Positions 43,672-53,363 of a stretch of 64,000 nt of DNA are shown piece by piece. A model generated the notes under the pieces. That model had not been told where the DNA came from. It made no database searches and worked only from the letters and a program-made list of their open reading frames with translations. Both the position numbers and the translations under genes were made by a program. Where the stretch lies: the IMG/VR virus record IMGVR_UViG_3300042539_001740; one strand, 5' to 3'. The stretch's first letter is position 1. Each line of letters starts with the position of its first letter. This stretch comes from a virus (Duplodnaviria > Caudoviricetes).

Positions 43672-45702
43672 CTATTCAGTCCCTTTTTTCTTTTTGGTTT
43701 TTTTGGTTTCCTTTTCTTTGAAAATTATACTTTCATTATCTACGGTTAGAATGTATTGTTCATTTTCTATAATTTTACCATTTAACACCTCTTCTGATAC
43801 AAAATCTTCAATTTTATCTTGAATTGCTCTTTTGATTGGTCTGGCACCATATGTTTCATCAAAACCAACTTTAGAAATTAATTCTAAAACTGAATCATCA
43901 CAAGAAATATTATAATTCAAACCTTCTAATCTTTTAATTAGTTTATCGACCTCTAATTTAACAATTTGTTTTACTTCGTCTTCCTTCAATGTATTAAAAA
44001 CAATAATTTCATCAATACGATTAAGGAATTCAGGGGCAAAGAATTTCTGCAATTCCTTTTTTAACATATCCCTTTTATGTTCCTCTTCAATGTAAACATT
44101 CGCGTTTGTTTTGAATCCAACACCAGTACCAAAATCTTGTAGTTTTTTGACACCAAGGTTTGAGGTCATAATAATGATACAATTCTTGAAATTAATTTTT
44201 CTTCCAAGACCATCAGTAAGATGTCCATCGTCTAAAACTTGGAGTAACGTTGCAAACACGTCTTTATTTGCTTTCTCAATTTCATCGAATAAAATAACTG
44301 AATATGGTTTATTTTTCACTTGTTCGGTAAGTTGTCCCCCTTCATCGTAACCAACGTAACCTGGAGGTGAACCAATTAATCTTGATATTGAATGTTTTTC
44401 TTGGAATTCTGACATATCAACACGGATTAGATTTTCTTCACTACCAAATATTTCCTTAGCTAATTGTTTGGCTAAATAAGTTTTACCCACACCTGTTGAG
44501 CCTAAGAAAATAAATGAACCAATTGGTTTATTAGGGTCTTTAATCCCCAATCTATTTCTCCTTATTGCTTTTGCGATTTTAAGAACAGCTTCTGATTGTC
44601 CAATAACTTTCGAAGCCAAATTGTTATCAAGAGATGAAAGTTTATTAGTTTCATCAGAATCCATTTTTGAGACAGGAATCTTAGTCATATTAGATACAAC
44701 TTCATAAACTAGTTCCACACTAACTTCTTTCTTTTTGTTTAATAAATCAAATTCGAATTTCTTTTTTTCCTCTTCTAACTTATCTAATATTTTTGTTTCC
44801 TTATCTCTTAAATCTGCAGCCAGTTCATAGTTTTGACTTTTTACAACATCTATTTTTTGTTTTTTTATTTCTTGGGCTTGTGTTTTCAAATCCTCCACAA
44901 TTTGGGGCATTTTAATTTCAACCTGACTTCTTGCTCCGACTTCATCAATAATGTCAAATGCCTTATCCGGAAATTCTCTATCTGTAATATATCTTTCTGC
45001 TAAATCAACACAAAGTTTAAGTACATCATCACTATAATTTACTTTATGGTAATTTTCATATTTGTCTTTGACATTTAATAAAATTTGTAATGTTTCATCT
45101 TTAGTTGATGGGTCAACAATTACTTTTTGGAATCGTCTTTCTAATGCCCCATCTTTTTCAAAATTCTTTCTATATTCATCCAAAGTGGTTGCACCAATAC
45201 ATTGGATTTCCCCTCTTGCTAAGGCTGGTTTAAATATGTTAGAGGCATCCAATGAACCTGATGAATTACCTGCACCAACAATTTGATGGATTTCATCGAT
45301 AAACAAAATGATATTTGGGGCGGCTTGTAGTTCTTCTATAATCACCTTCATTCTTTCCTCAAATTGTCCTCTATATTTTGTACCTGCAACAATTGAGGTC
45401 ATATCTAAGGACATAATTCTTTTATCCATTAGATTTCTTGGACAATCTCCATTCAATATTTTCAAGGCCAAACCTTCTACTATAGCGGTTTTTCCACAAC
45501 CTGGTTCACCGATTATAATTGGATTATTTTTCTTTCTTCTTGATAATATTTGGGCTATTCTTGTTATTTCTCTATCTCTACCTACAACAGGGTCTAATTT
45601 TCCCTCCTCCGCAAGTTTAACCAAATCTTTTGCAAAATTATTTAATACTGGTGTGTCGCCCTTACCTTTACTTGAGTAATCTCCATCTTTAGATTCTATC
45701 AT
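43672..45702 (-). CDS. clpC: ClpC/ClpB-family AAA+ unfoldase lacking the N-terminal domain, UVR-type middle domain
   Basis: GKLDPVVGR, GEPGCGKT, FIDEIH, PDKAFD, QNYELAADLRD, GSTGVGKT, LFDEIEKA; likely start MIESKD at 45702. Confidence 0.9.
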   Translation of the reverse strand: MIESKDGDYSSKGKGDTPVLNNFAKDLVKLAEEGKLDPVVGRDREITRIAQILSRRKKNNPIIIGEPGCGKTAIVEGLALKILNGDCPRNLMDKRIMSLDMTSIVAGTKYRGQFEERMKVIIEELQAAPNIILFIDEIHQIVGAGNSSGSLDASNIFKPALARGEIQCIGATTLDEYRKNFEKDGALERRFQKVIVDPSTKDETLQILLNVKDKYENYHKVNYSDDVLKLCVDLAERYITDREFPDKAFDIIDEVGARSQVEIKMPQIVEDLKTQAQEIKKQKIDVVKSQNYELAADLRDKETKILDKLEEEKKKFEFDLLNKKKEVSVELVYEVVSNMTKIPVSKMDSDETNKLSSLDNNLASKVIGQSEAVLKIAKAIRRNRLGIKDPNKPIGSFIFLGSTGVGKTYLAKQLAKEIFGSEENLIRVDMSEFQEKHSISRLIGSPPGYVGYDEGGQLTEQVKNKPYSVILFDEIEKANKDVFATLLQVLDDGHLTDGLGRKINFKNCIIIMTSNLGVKKLQDFGTGVGFKTNANVYIEEEHKRDMLKKELQKFFAPEFLNRIDEIIVFNTLKEDEVKQIVKLEVDKLIKRLEGLNYNISCDDSVLELISKVGFDETYGARPIKRAIQDKIEDFVSEEVLNGKIIENEQYILTVDNESIIFKEKETKKTKKKKGTE

Positions 45703-45755
45703 AACTTTTTTATTTAATAATAATGTTTTATTTGGTATTTTCAACAATCTTGTAA

Positions 45756-45768
45756 TGACAAAATGTCA
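45756..45768. promoter_or_regulatory. TGACA-N3-TGTCA operator between clpC and the UVR gene
   Basis: TGACAaaaTGTCA; same palindrome upstream of dnaK. Confidence 0.6.
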
Positions 45769-45868
45769 GTATTTTTAATTACAAAGTGACATTATTGATT
45801 ATCTTAATTAATTGGTATATAATTCGTACAATACTAAGTAAAATAAACTTAATAACAAACAATTTATT

Positions 45869-46306
45869 ATGGATAACGATTTTTATAAAAAATTTGAGAA
45901 AATTTTGGATGAGATTTTCGGTGGAAAACATAAACCAACAATTCCATTTGAAAGTTTCTTGGAGAATTTAAAGTATGATGACATTGATACTGATTTTAGT
46001 AAACTAAGAAATTCAGTTAGAAAGACAAAGGATGGAATTATTACTTCGATTCATTTTGTGATTAACCCTAACACAAAATGGTCAGCATCTAATTCAAATA
46101 CAAAGAGGGATTTGGAAACTAAATTAAACGAATGTATCCAAAACCAAGATTTTGAACAGGCGGCTAAAATCAGAGACGAAATAAAAGAACTTCAGAAAAA
46201 CAAAGGGAAAATTGAAACTCTCAAAAAAGAAATGGAAATAGCTATTGAAAAACAAGATTTCGAAAGGGCTATAGAAATCAGAGATGAATTAAAAAAAATT
46301 AATTAA
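45869..46306 (+). CDS. Tandem UVR (UvrB/C) motif protein, McsA-like Clp adaptor candidate
   Basis: CIQNQDFEQAAKIRDEIK and AIEKQDFERAIEIRDELK. Confidence 0.8.
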   Translation: MDNDFYKKFEKILDEIFGGKHKPTIPFESFLENLKYDDIDTDFSKLRNSVRKTKDGIITSIHFVINPNTKWSASNSNTKRDLETKLNECIQNQDFEQAAKIRDEIKELQKNKGKIETLKKEMEIAIEKQDFERAIEIRDELKKIN

Positions 46307-46349
46307 CTTTAACCCCCGATATAAATGGGGGTTTTTTAAATTTAAAAAA

Positions 46350-46592
46350 ATGGCAATATTAAAAGAAGAAATAGTAGGTACAAAAATTATAAATGAAGTA
46401 CAATCAAGTAATTTAGTAAGAAGTGAGTATGATACAGCAACTAAAAAAATGATTGTTGAATTCAAAAATGGAACTAAATATGAATATGATGAAGTACCGC
46501 ACACAATTTACACTAGATTCAGGTTATCGGAATCCCAAGGTAAGTTTTTTAGTTCCACCATCGCTAAAAATTACAAGTACAAAAAGGTTTGA
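46350..46592 (+). CDS. KTSC domain protein
   Basis: VQSSNL...YDTATKKMIVEFKNGTKYEYDEVP...SESQGKFF. Confidence 0.88.
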   Translation: MAILKEEIVGTKIINEVQSSNLVRSEYDTATKKMIVEFKNGTKYEYDEVPHTIYTRFRLSESQGKFFSSTIAKNYKYKKV

Positions 46593-46627
46593 TGTATATT
46601 TCCAATGTATGTGAATATTTATCAGAC

Positions 46628-47389
46628 ATGGATAATATTGAAAATATTTTAAGTAGTTTCGAGGTACAAGACCAGTTGTATCCAAAAATATGGTATCTAC
46701 CAAATGAAAAACATATGGGTGACCCTGAAGGTCAGAAATATAAAATAAACCCAAAGGTTAGAAAAAATTTACTTGAGATAACTTACCAATTTATTGAAAG
46801 TTTGGACATTGACGTTGTTATTGAAGACATTATTGTAGTTGGTTCAATAGCTAACTATAATTGGTCTAAGTTCTCAGACATTGACGTGCACATATTAGTT
46901 GATTACAAACAATTTTCCAATGAACTTAAAGATATGTACGTTGAATATTTTGATTTGAAAAAAGTAATTTTCAATCAAAAAAGAGATGTAAAAATGTTTG
47001 GTTTTGATGTTGAGTTTTTCATTGAGGATACTGATATGCAAGGTATCAGTGGAGGTGTTTATTCGTTACTGAATGATGAATGGTTAAAAACACCCAAAAG
47101 GTTTGATTTTAAAGTGGATTTGAAAGATGTAAAAAATAAATCTAAACAATGGATGAGAACTATTGATTCTTCGATAAAAAATATGGAAGACCAAGATATT
47201 GACACAATCGAAAAAACACTAAATCAATTTAAAAATAAACTTAAAAAGTTTAGATTAAGTGGTTTAAAAGGGGGTGGTGAAATGAGCTTGGAAAATTTGG
47301 TTTTTAAAGTATTACGAAGAAATGGGTATATTGACAAATTATATAAAACGCCTTTAAAACTTATAGATAATAAACTTTCTATTGAGTAA
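46628..47389 (+). CDS. Pol-beta-superfamily nucleotidyltransferase
   Basis: VVGSIANYNWSKFSDIDVHIL (GS plus DxD), third acidic strand DVEFFIED. Confidence 0.8.
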   Translation: MDNIENILSSFEVQDQLYPKIWYLPNEKHMGDPEGQKYKINPKVRKNLLEITYQFIESLDIDVVIEDIIVVGSIANYNWSKFSDIDVHILVDYKQFSNELKDMYVEYFDLKKVIFNQKRDVKMFGFDVEFFIEDTDMQGISGGVYSLLNDEWLKTPKRFDFKVDLKDVKNKSKQWMRTIDSSIKNMEDQDIDTIEKTLNQFKNKLKKFRLSGLKGGGEMSLENLVFKVLRRNGYIDKLYKTPLKLIDNKLSIE

Positions 47390-47450
47390 ATGTAGAATTG
47401 ATTAATTGTACATATTTATATATAAAAAATAATAACAAAAAAATCGAAAT

Positions 47451-48698
47451 ATGGGAAAATTAAAACCTATTGGTAGTGAAAAATTAGGAGGAATGGAAAA
47501 AATTCAAAGGATTTTGGAAATTTCTAAATATAATTTAAATACTCCTCAGTCAATTAACGAGAGTGAATCTTTAGAATATTCAAAAACATTAGCTGATGGA
47601 AATACATATCATATCACAAAAGAAAAAAATGGATATGTTATTAAAAAAGGGTTGACCGAATCAGTTAGTGAATATATTGAGCCGATGAAAAATAGAAAGT
47701 ATTATTCGTCTTATTCACAAGCATTGAAACGTTTAAACCTTATTGTGAAAGAGGTAAATGTAAATGAGGGTTATAGAGGAAACTTGTCATTATTTAACGA
47801 ACAAGAAAATATTGATGACAAAAAATATTTTTTAGTAAAAGGTGGTGAAACCAATGAACAAGAAGAAACTCAAATTCCACCAGCACCAGCAGCACCTGCG
47901 ACACCACCAGCTGTACCAGCAACACCTGAAACTGAAATGCCTATCGAAGAACCATTACCCGCTGAAGAACCTATGACAGATGAGATGCCAATGGATGATG
48001 AAGTTCCTATGGATGGTGAGGGTGAAACTCCACAAGAGGAAGATGTTGTTACTTTCAAAAGTATTCAAAAACTTACTGGTAAATTAGCTCAAAAACTTAG
48101 AACATTTGGTACTGATGAAGATAATGATATGTCATCCCAAGATGTAAAATATGTTATTAATTCAATTTTGTCTGCTTTGGACTTAAGTAAACTTGAACCT
48201 GACGACATTGAAGAAATTACTTCAAAATTTGAAGAGGGGGAAGAAATTGAAGAACCTGAAATGAGTGATGAGGAATTACCTGAACCTGAAATGGGTGGTG
48301 AAGAATTACCTGAACCTGAGATGGGTGGTGAAGAATTACCTGAACCTGAAATACCAGTTGCACCAGAAGGTGAAATGGCTGAAATGTACCCAAGACACGG
48401 AAGAAGAGAAAGTTTTGAGGAACGTCAACACAAAATGAGGATGAAAGAAATGGGATATGGTGTATCTGAATCAAAAGTTGACAGAATATTACAAAAGTAT
48501 TTCAATGAAACTCCAAAAAATATTAATGAAAGTAAGTTGGAAAGGTTATCCGAAAACTTTAAACAAGAATCAACTTCAAAAAGATTTTTGAACAAATACC
48601 CCTCCGCTAAACTTATTGGTAAAAACAAAAAGGGAACTTTAGTTTTTGAAATGGAAGGAGAAAAATTTGGCGTAACAACAAGTGGTAGATTGATATGA
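47451..48698 (+). CDS. Head-module protein with acidic Pro-rich repeats
   Basis: LFNEQE/LTES motifs; EPEMGGEELP repeats. Confidence 0.7.
   Translation: MGKLKPIGSEKLGGMEKIQRILEISKYNLNTPQSINESESLEYSKTLADGNTYHITKEKNGYVIKKGLTESVSEYIEPMKNRKYYSSYSQALKRLNLIVKEVNVNEGYRGNLSLFNEQENIDDKKYFLVKGGETNEQEETQIPPAPAAPATPPAVPATPETEMPIEEPLPAEEPMTDEMPMDDEVPMDGEGETPQEEDVVTFKSIQKLTGKLAQKLRTFGTDEDNDMSSQDVKYVINSILSALDLSKLEPDDIEEITSKFEEGEEIEEPEMSDEELPEPEMGGEELPEPEMGGEELPEPEIPVAPEGEMAEMYPRHGRRESFEERQHKMRMKEMGYGVSESKVDRILQKYFNETPKNINESKLERLSENFKQESTSKRFLNKYPSAKLIGKNKKGTLVFEMEGEKFGVTTSGRLI
48252..48350 (+). repeat. 30-bp tandem repeat, three copies (EPEMGGEELP)
   Basis: GAACCTGAAATGGGTGGTGAAGAATTACCT units. Confidence 0.85.
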
Positions 48699-49105
48699 AC
48701 TATTTGATATATGTTAATGAATTAGGTCCGAATTATAAAGGTGATAACATTTACGAGTTTATATTTAGTGATAATATTACTGATGTTTGGGGTGAAATGT
48801 GGGAATCAAAACCATCTAATGGTTATCCACTACCACCTGATTTAGAACATATAAAAAAAGTAGGTGTTTTAAAAAATGATAAAATTTCTCTATCAGTCAT
48901 ACAAAAATCAGATTATTTTTCAATGATTGATGCAATAGATGATGTTGTAGCTTTAGGTTGGGAAAATGAATCTGAGTTAATTAATTTTGATTTAGTTAAA
49001 AGATTAGTTTTCAGATTTGGTGAAACTGAGGAGAATGTAAAAAATAAATTATATGAAAGGGATATAGTCCTTGAATTTGAAAAAAAATTTTCTTATGAAT
49101 CTTAA
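48695..49105 (+). CDS. Hypothetical protein
   Basis: ATGA overlap in the head operon. Confidence 0.7.
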   Translation: MNYLIYVNELGPNYKGDNIYEFIFSDNITDVWGEMWESKPSNGYPLPPDLEHIKKVGVLKNDKISLSVIQKSDYFSMIDAIDDVVALGWENESELINFDLVKRLVFRFGETEENVKNKLYERDIVLEFEKKFSYES

Positions 49106-50168
49106 TAATAAAGTTGGATTTTTATTGGATATTGGTCTCACTCCTGATTTTATTGTATCATTAAATGAAAGTACAATAAACGCATTGTATGAAAGAATGA
49201 ACAAAAAAAAGGTTGAGGAACAAACAACACAACCTATTAATGCGACCAAATCAACAAAGACAACTGACATCTACACATTGAATCCTGGTGGGTCAATGGA
49301 CGTAAAAAACGCTGTAGTATCAAACAAGGATGGGAAAACTACTGTTGAAATGATGGAGGATGATAAGTTAGATGAAAAATTCGAGTCAAAAGCACAACAA
49401 GGATTATTTTGGGCTCGTTGTAACAAATGTAAAAGTGATGATTGTAAATGGTGTAAAATGGCTAAAGAATTTTCTAAGAGTACATCAAAGAAACAATATA
49501 AAAATATGCCAGAAAAAAAACATCCTGAAAAAACAGTAAAATACAAAAAGAAGGAAACTAAGGAGAATTTCACGATGGCAAACTATTTGGAAAAAATAGG
49601 TTCTGTTGCGGCATCTCAAATGGGAAAAAATGTTAATAAGTCGATGAGACCAACGTTTGAAAATTTTATGACAGAAAAGAATTTGGATAAATTGGTTAAA
49701 GAATCATTACAACCAACTATAACTAAAAAGGATTTATTAGGTTTATTAAAAAATAGAATTAACGAGGATTTCTATTTCGGTGAATCCGAAATGTTAGAAG
49801 ATTTTGAATTTATGGCAGAACCTGGTGTAAAAGAACCAGTAACAAAACCTAAAACTCCAACTGAAAAACCTAAGGAAAAACCAAGAAGAAAACCATCACG
49901 TGAAACACCATACGAAAACCCTGAGACAAGACCTCAAGGGGAAGATGAAGATTTTGATTTGGATATGATGGACTTTGAATTTATGTCTGAACCAGGTGTA
50001 AAAGAACCTGCTACCAAACCAAAAACCCCAACAGAAAAACCAAAAGAAAAACCAAGAAGAAAACCTGAAAGAATTACGCCATACGAAAATCCTGAAACAA
50101 GACCTCAAGGGAAAGAAGAATTTGATTTTGTGATGGAAAAACTTTATAATAAATTAAAAAAGAAGTAA
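49095..50168 (+). CDS. Hypothetical virion protein with internal duplication
   Basis: LDEKFESKAQQ...CxxC; duplicated PGVKEP.TKPKTPTEKPKEKPRRKP..TPYENPETRPQG. Confidence 0.7.
   Translation: MNLNNKVGFLLDIGLTPDFIVSLNESTINALYERMNKKKVEEQTTQPINATKSTKTTDIYTLNPGGSMDVKNAVVSNKDGKTTVEMMEDDKLDEKFESKAQQGLFWARCNKCKSDDCKWCKMAKEFSKSTSKKQYKNMPEKKHPEKTVKYKKKETKENFTMANYLEKIGSVAASQMGKNVNKSMRPTFENFMTEKNLDKLVKESLQPTITKKDLLGLLKNRINEDFYFGESEMLEDFEFMAEPGVKEPVTKPKTPTEKPKEKPRRKPSRETPYENPETRPQGEDEDFDLDMMDFEFMSEPGVKEPATKPKTPTEKPKEKPRRKPERITPYENPETRPQGKEEFDFVMEKLYNKLKKK
49797..50111 (+). repeat. ~140-bp in-frame direct repeat, two copies
   Basis: Units near 49797-49940 and 49971-50111, with synonymous differences. Confidence 0.8.
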
Positions 50169-51313
50169 TGAAAAAAAATTGGTTATTTGAAGCACCGATT
50201 AGTGACTACTTACCTGATGATGTAAAAAACAGAATAGAACGAACAGCTAAAAATCTGTACGACAATCCTGAAAACAAAGCACCAAGTTCACAAGAATTCA
50301 CATCTTTAATGTTTGGGTTACCAAATATAGAATCAAGTCACAAAAGTGATTTACAAGATTTAGCTTTAGTTACATTTTTTAATATGTACCCTCATATAAA
50401 AAATGGGGTTGATAATGGTAAAATAAAGGTAAATGCAATTTTAGGTCAAGGTAGTGGTGGTAGAAGATTATCTCAAGAAATACCTACAACAAAAATAGAA
50501 AAGGCAAAACAAGTAGATTCATCATTTGACGAAAGAATAAAACAAAGACATATACAAAATGCTTTAACACAAGGAGCTGCTTGGAGGGATGGATTTAATG
50601 CTGTTAACAATATTGAGGATGAATTAAATTCGATTGACCCAAGATTAGTTGACTTATACAAAAAGTTCGGTTCGGGGGCTTCTCGTTTTTATTGGGAAAA
50701 CACGGCACAATTAGAAAGAATGGCTCAAAGTGTTACAGGGAGAGTCGCATATTGTGATGTCTATTTAGATAAAAATGGGGTTTGGATTATTGATGCTGCC
50801 GCACCAAATTTTCCTTTACTTATGCACGAATTGGTTAAAGGGGCGAGATATTATGATTCTATTTTCACATTACCTAAAAACAAAGAAGTGGGTGATACAA
50901 TTATGGGTGTAGCTGATGCCCACAAACACGAAATCAAAAATATGAATTATGGTAGAGCCCTAATAGAACAATTAAGATTTTTATGGGATATGGAACTTGA
51001 TGGTTATTCATATGAAATTGAACCCGATTTATTATTGATGTTGGCTCAAGAATTTGAGGGGAAACCTGATGATTACAATAAAATGATGTTAGGGGTTTTT
51101 AAAAATGACAAAGAACAAATCGATAGATTTTTAGATTTGTCACAAGAAATTATAGATGATATTAATTACGAAAAGAAAAAAGAAAAACCATTAGAAAAAA
51201 TGAAGTTTGAAAAGAAGAAACCAATTGAACCAGAGGAAAAAGAAGATGATGATGACGATTTCAATCCCGATGATTGGGATACATTCGATTTTGATGATGA
51301 AGATGAAGATTAA
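50168..51313 (+). CDS. Hypothetical protein
   Basis: LFEAPI start; FPLLMHELVKG; acidic tail. Confidence 0.75.
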   Translation: MKKNWLFEAPISDYLPDDVKNRIERTAKNLYDNPENKAPSSQEFTSLMFGLPNIESSHKSDLQDLALVTFFNMYPHIKNGVDNGKIKVNAILGQGSGGRRLSQEIPTTKIEKAKQVDSSFDERIKQRHIQNALTQGAAWRDGFNAVNNIEDELNSIDPRLVDLYKKFGSGASRFYWENTAQLERMAQSVTGRVAYCDVYLDKNGVWIIDAAAPNFPLLMHELVKGARYYDSIFTLPKNKEVGDTIMGVADAHKHEIKNMNYGRALIEQLRFLWDMELDGYSYEIEPDLLLMLAQEFEGKPDDYNKMMLGVFKNDKEQIDRFLDLSQEIIDDINYEKKKEKPLEKMKFEKKKPIEPEEKEDDDDDFNPDDWDTFDFDDEDED

Positions 51314-51372
51314 CTTACAAACCCCCATTTATAATTAAGTGGGGGTTTTTATATTTATATAAAATACAATTT

Positions 51373-53136
51373 ATGAGTTTAACAAAAGAACAAGTAATGA
51401 TAGAATATGTAAGATGTATGAAAGATACACCTTACGCATTAAGAACATACCTTGAAACATATGACAACACAGTTTCAAAATATGTCCCACTAGAGTTGTT
51501 TCCTGACCAAATATCATTATTAAATGACTACGAGGAATACAATGAAAATATTGCCTTGAAGTACAGACAAGCAGGAGTATCAACAGTTACGGCAGCATGG
51601 ATATCTAAAAGAATAGCGTTTGCTAAAAAAACAAAACCTGAAAAGATTTTGATTATCGCAAATAAACTAGATACTTCTATGGAAATGGCCAATAAAATCA
51701 GGATGTTTATTGGACAATGGCCATCTTGGGTTGGTATTGATTTTTCAAGTGATAAAAATTCACAAAAACACTATAAAACAAATAATGGTTGTGAGGTAAA
51801 AGCTGTTGCTACCTCTAAGGATGCCCTACGTGGTTTCACACCAACAATTCTTGTATTTGATGAAGCTGCGTTCATTGATGCAGATTCTGACTTCTGGGCA
51901 GCTTGTATGGCCTCACTTTCTACTGGTGGTAAAGTTATTGTGGTGTCAACACCAAATGGTTATGACCCAATTTATTATGAAATATATAATCAGGCACATA
52001 GAAATATGAATGATTTCAAAATATCTGAAATGTTTTGGTACAGAGACCCAAGATATACAAAAGATTTATTTTTAGTTAAAACTCAAGATACTATTCACTA
52101 CCTTCTAAACAAAGAAGAATATCCTAAAGATGAAATTATTAGTTGGGAAACTATACCATTTGAAGAAAGAAATTTTGAGGAACTCAAGTTGATAATGGAT
52201 TCAGGTTATAAACCTTGTTCTTCTTGGTTTGAAGGTATGGTTAAAAAATTGAAATATGATAAAAGAAAAGTATCACAAGAGTTAGAGTGTAACTTCCTTG
52301 GTTCAGGTGATAACGTTTTTGATTCACTATTGATGCAAAGGGTAAAAGAGAATATGATTAGAGAACCCCAAAATAAAATGATTGGTAACTCTTTATGGAT
52401 TTGGAAAGAACCTGTGATGGGTCACAAATATGTGATGGGTGTGGATGTGAGTAGAGGGGATAGTGAGGACTTTAGTTCATTTCAAATTATTGACTTTGAT
52501 GAAAGAGAACAAGTTGCGGAATATGTGGGTAAACTTCCACCTGATACGATGGCAGAAATTTGTTATAAGTGGGGTAATATGTATAATTGTTTCATTGTAA
52601 TAGATATAACAGGAGGAATGGGTGTTTCAACATCTAGAAAACTTCAAGAAATGGGTTACAAAAATTTATATGTTGATGGTATTGATTTAGCCAATAAGTG
52701 GAAATATGACCCAAAGGCTTTAGAAAAGATACCGGGTTTAAATTTCAACAACAAACGTGTACAAATTATAGCATCATTTGAGGAAGCTATGAGACATCAG
52801 TTTAAAATTTATAGTTTACGATTATTCAATGAAATGAATACATTCGTATATGTAAATGGAAGACCAGACCATCAAAAGGGTCAACACGATGATTTAATTA
52901 TGTCAATTGCAATGGCAACTTATGTTGCGGAATCATCATTCAGTAGTTTAGAAAAGGTGACCGAACAAACTAAAGCTATGTTAGAATCTTGGTCTGTTAC
53001 TAACAATGAAACTGCAGCTAAACAGATTGATTTCAATCCCGTGATACCTTTTGGAACTGAGAGAATTAATCAAAGAAATCAAAACGCAAGTAAGGAGGAC
53101 TATATGAAATACTCTTGGTTATTCGGAGGTAGATAA
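51373..53136 (+). CDS. terL: Terminase large subunit (T4 gp17-like)
   Basis: LKYRQAGVST Walker A, LVFDEAAF Walker B, VSTPNG, GVDVSRG, HDDLIMS. Confidence 0.95.
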   Translation: MSLTKEQVMIEYVRCMKDTPYALRTYLETYDNTVSKYVPLELFPDQISLLNDYEEYNENIALKYRQAGVSTVTAAWISKRIAFAKKTKPEKILIIANKLDTSMEMANKIRMFIGQWPSWVGIDFSSDKNSQKHYKTNNGCEVKAVATSKDALRGFTPTILVFDEAAFIDADSDFWAACMASLSTGGKVIVVSTPNGYDPIYYEIYNQAHRNMNDFKISEMFWYRDPRYTKDLFLVKTQDTIHYLLNKEEYPKDEIISWETIPFEERNFEELKLIMDSGYKPCSSWFEGMVKKLKYDKRKVSQELECNFLGSGDNVFDSLLMQRVKENMIREPQNKMIGNSLWIWKEPVMGHKYVMGVDVSRGDSEDFSSFQIIDFDEREQVAEYVGKLPPDTMAEICYKWGNMYNCFIVIDITGGMGVSTSRKLQEMGYKNLYVDGIDLANKWKYDPKALEKIPGLNFNNKRVQIIASFEEAMRHQFKIYSLRLFNEMNTFVYVNGRPDHQKGQHDDLIMSIAMATYVAESSFSSLEKVTEQTKAMLESWSVTNNETAAKQIDFNPVIPFGTERINQRNQNASKEDYMKYSWLFGGR

Positions 53137-53155
53137 TATTTATAAAAAAAAGATT

Positions 53156-53320
53156 ATGGGATTTGTAAACAGAAAAAAAAGTGGAGATAAGAAATTCAAT
53201 GGGTCAAAATTGAATGTTCCAGGTCAGGGTATATCAACTACAAAAATTAGTCCTCCTGATAAAGTCCCATTCAAAAACAATAATACGAATAGTACAACTA
53301 ATAATAATACATCAAATTAG
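53156..53320 (+). CDS. Small basic protein (54 aa, not in the ORF track)
   Basis: MGFVNRKKSG...; TATTTAT motif at 53137-53143. Confidence 0.55.
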   Translation: MGFVNRKKSGDKKFNGSKLNVPGQGISTTKISPPDKVPFKNNNTNSTTNNNTSN

Positions 53321-53363
53321 GTAGAACTATTTAAAACAATAGAAATATATTTAAAATTTCTTT

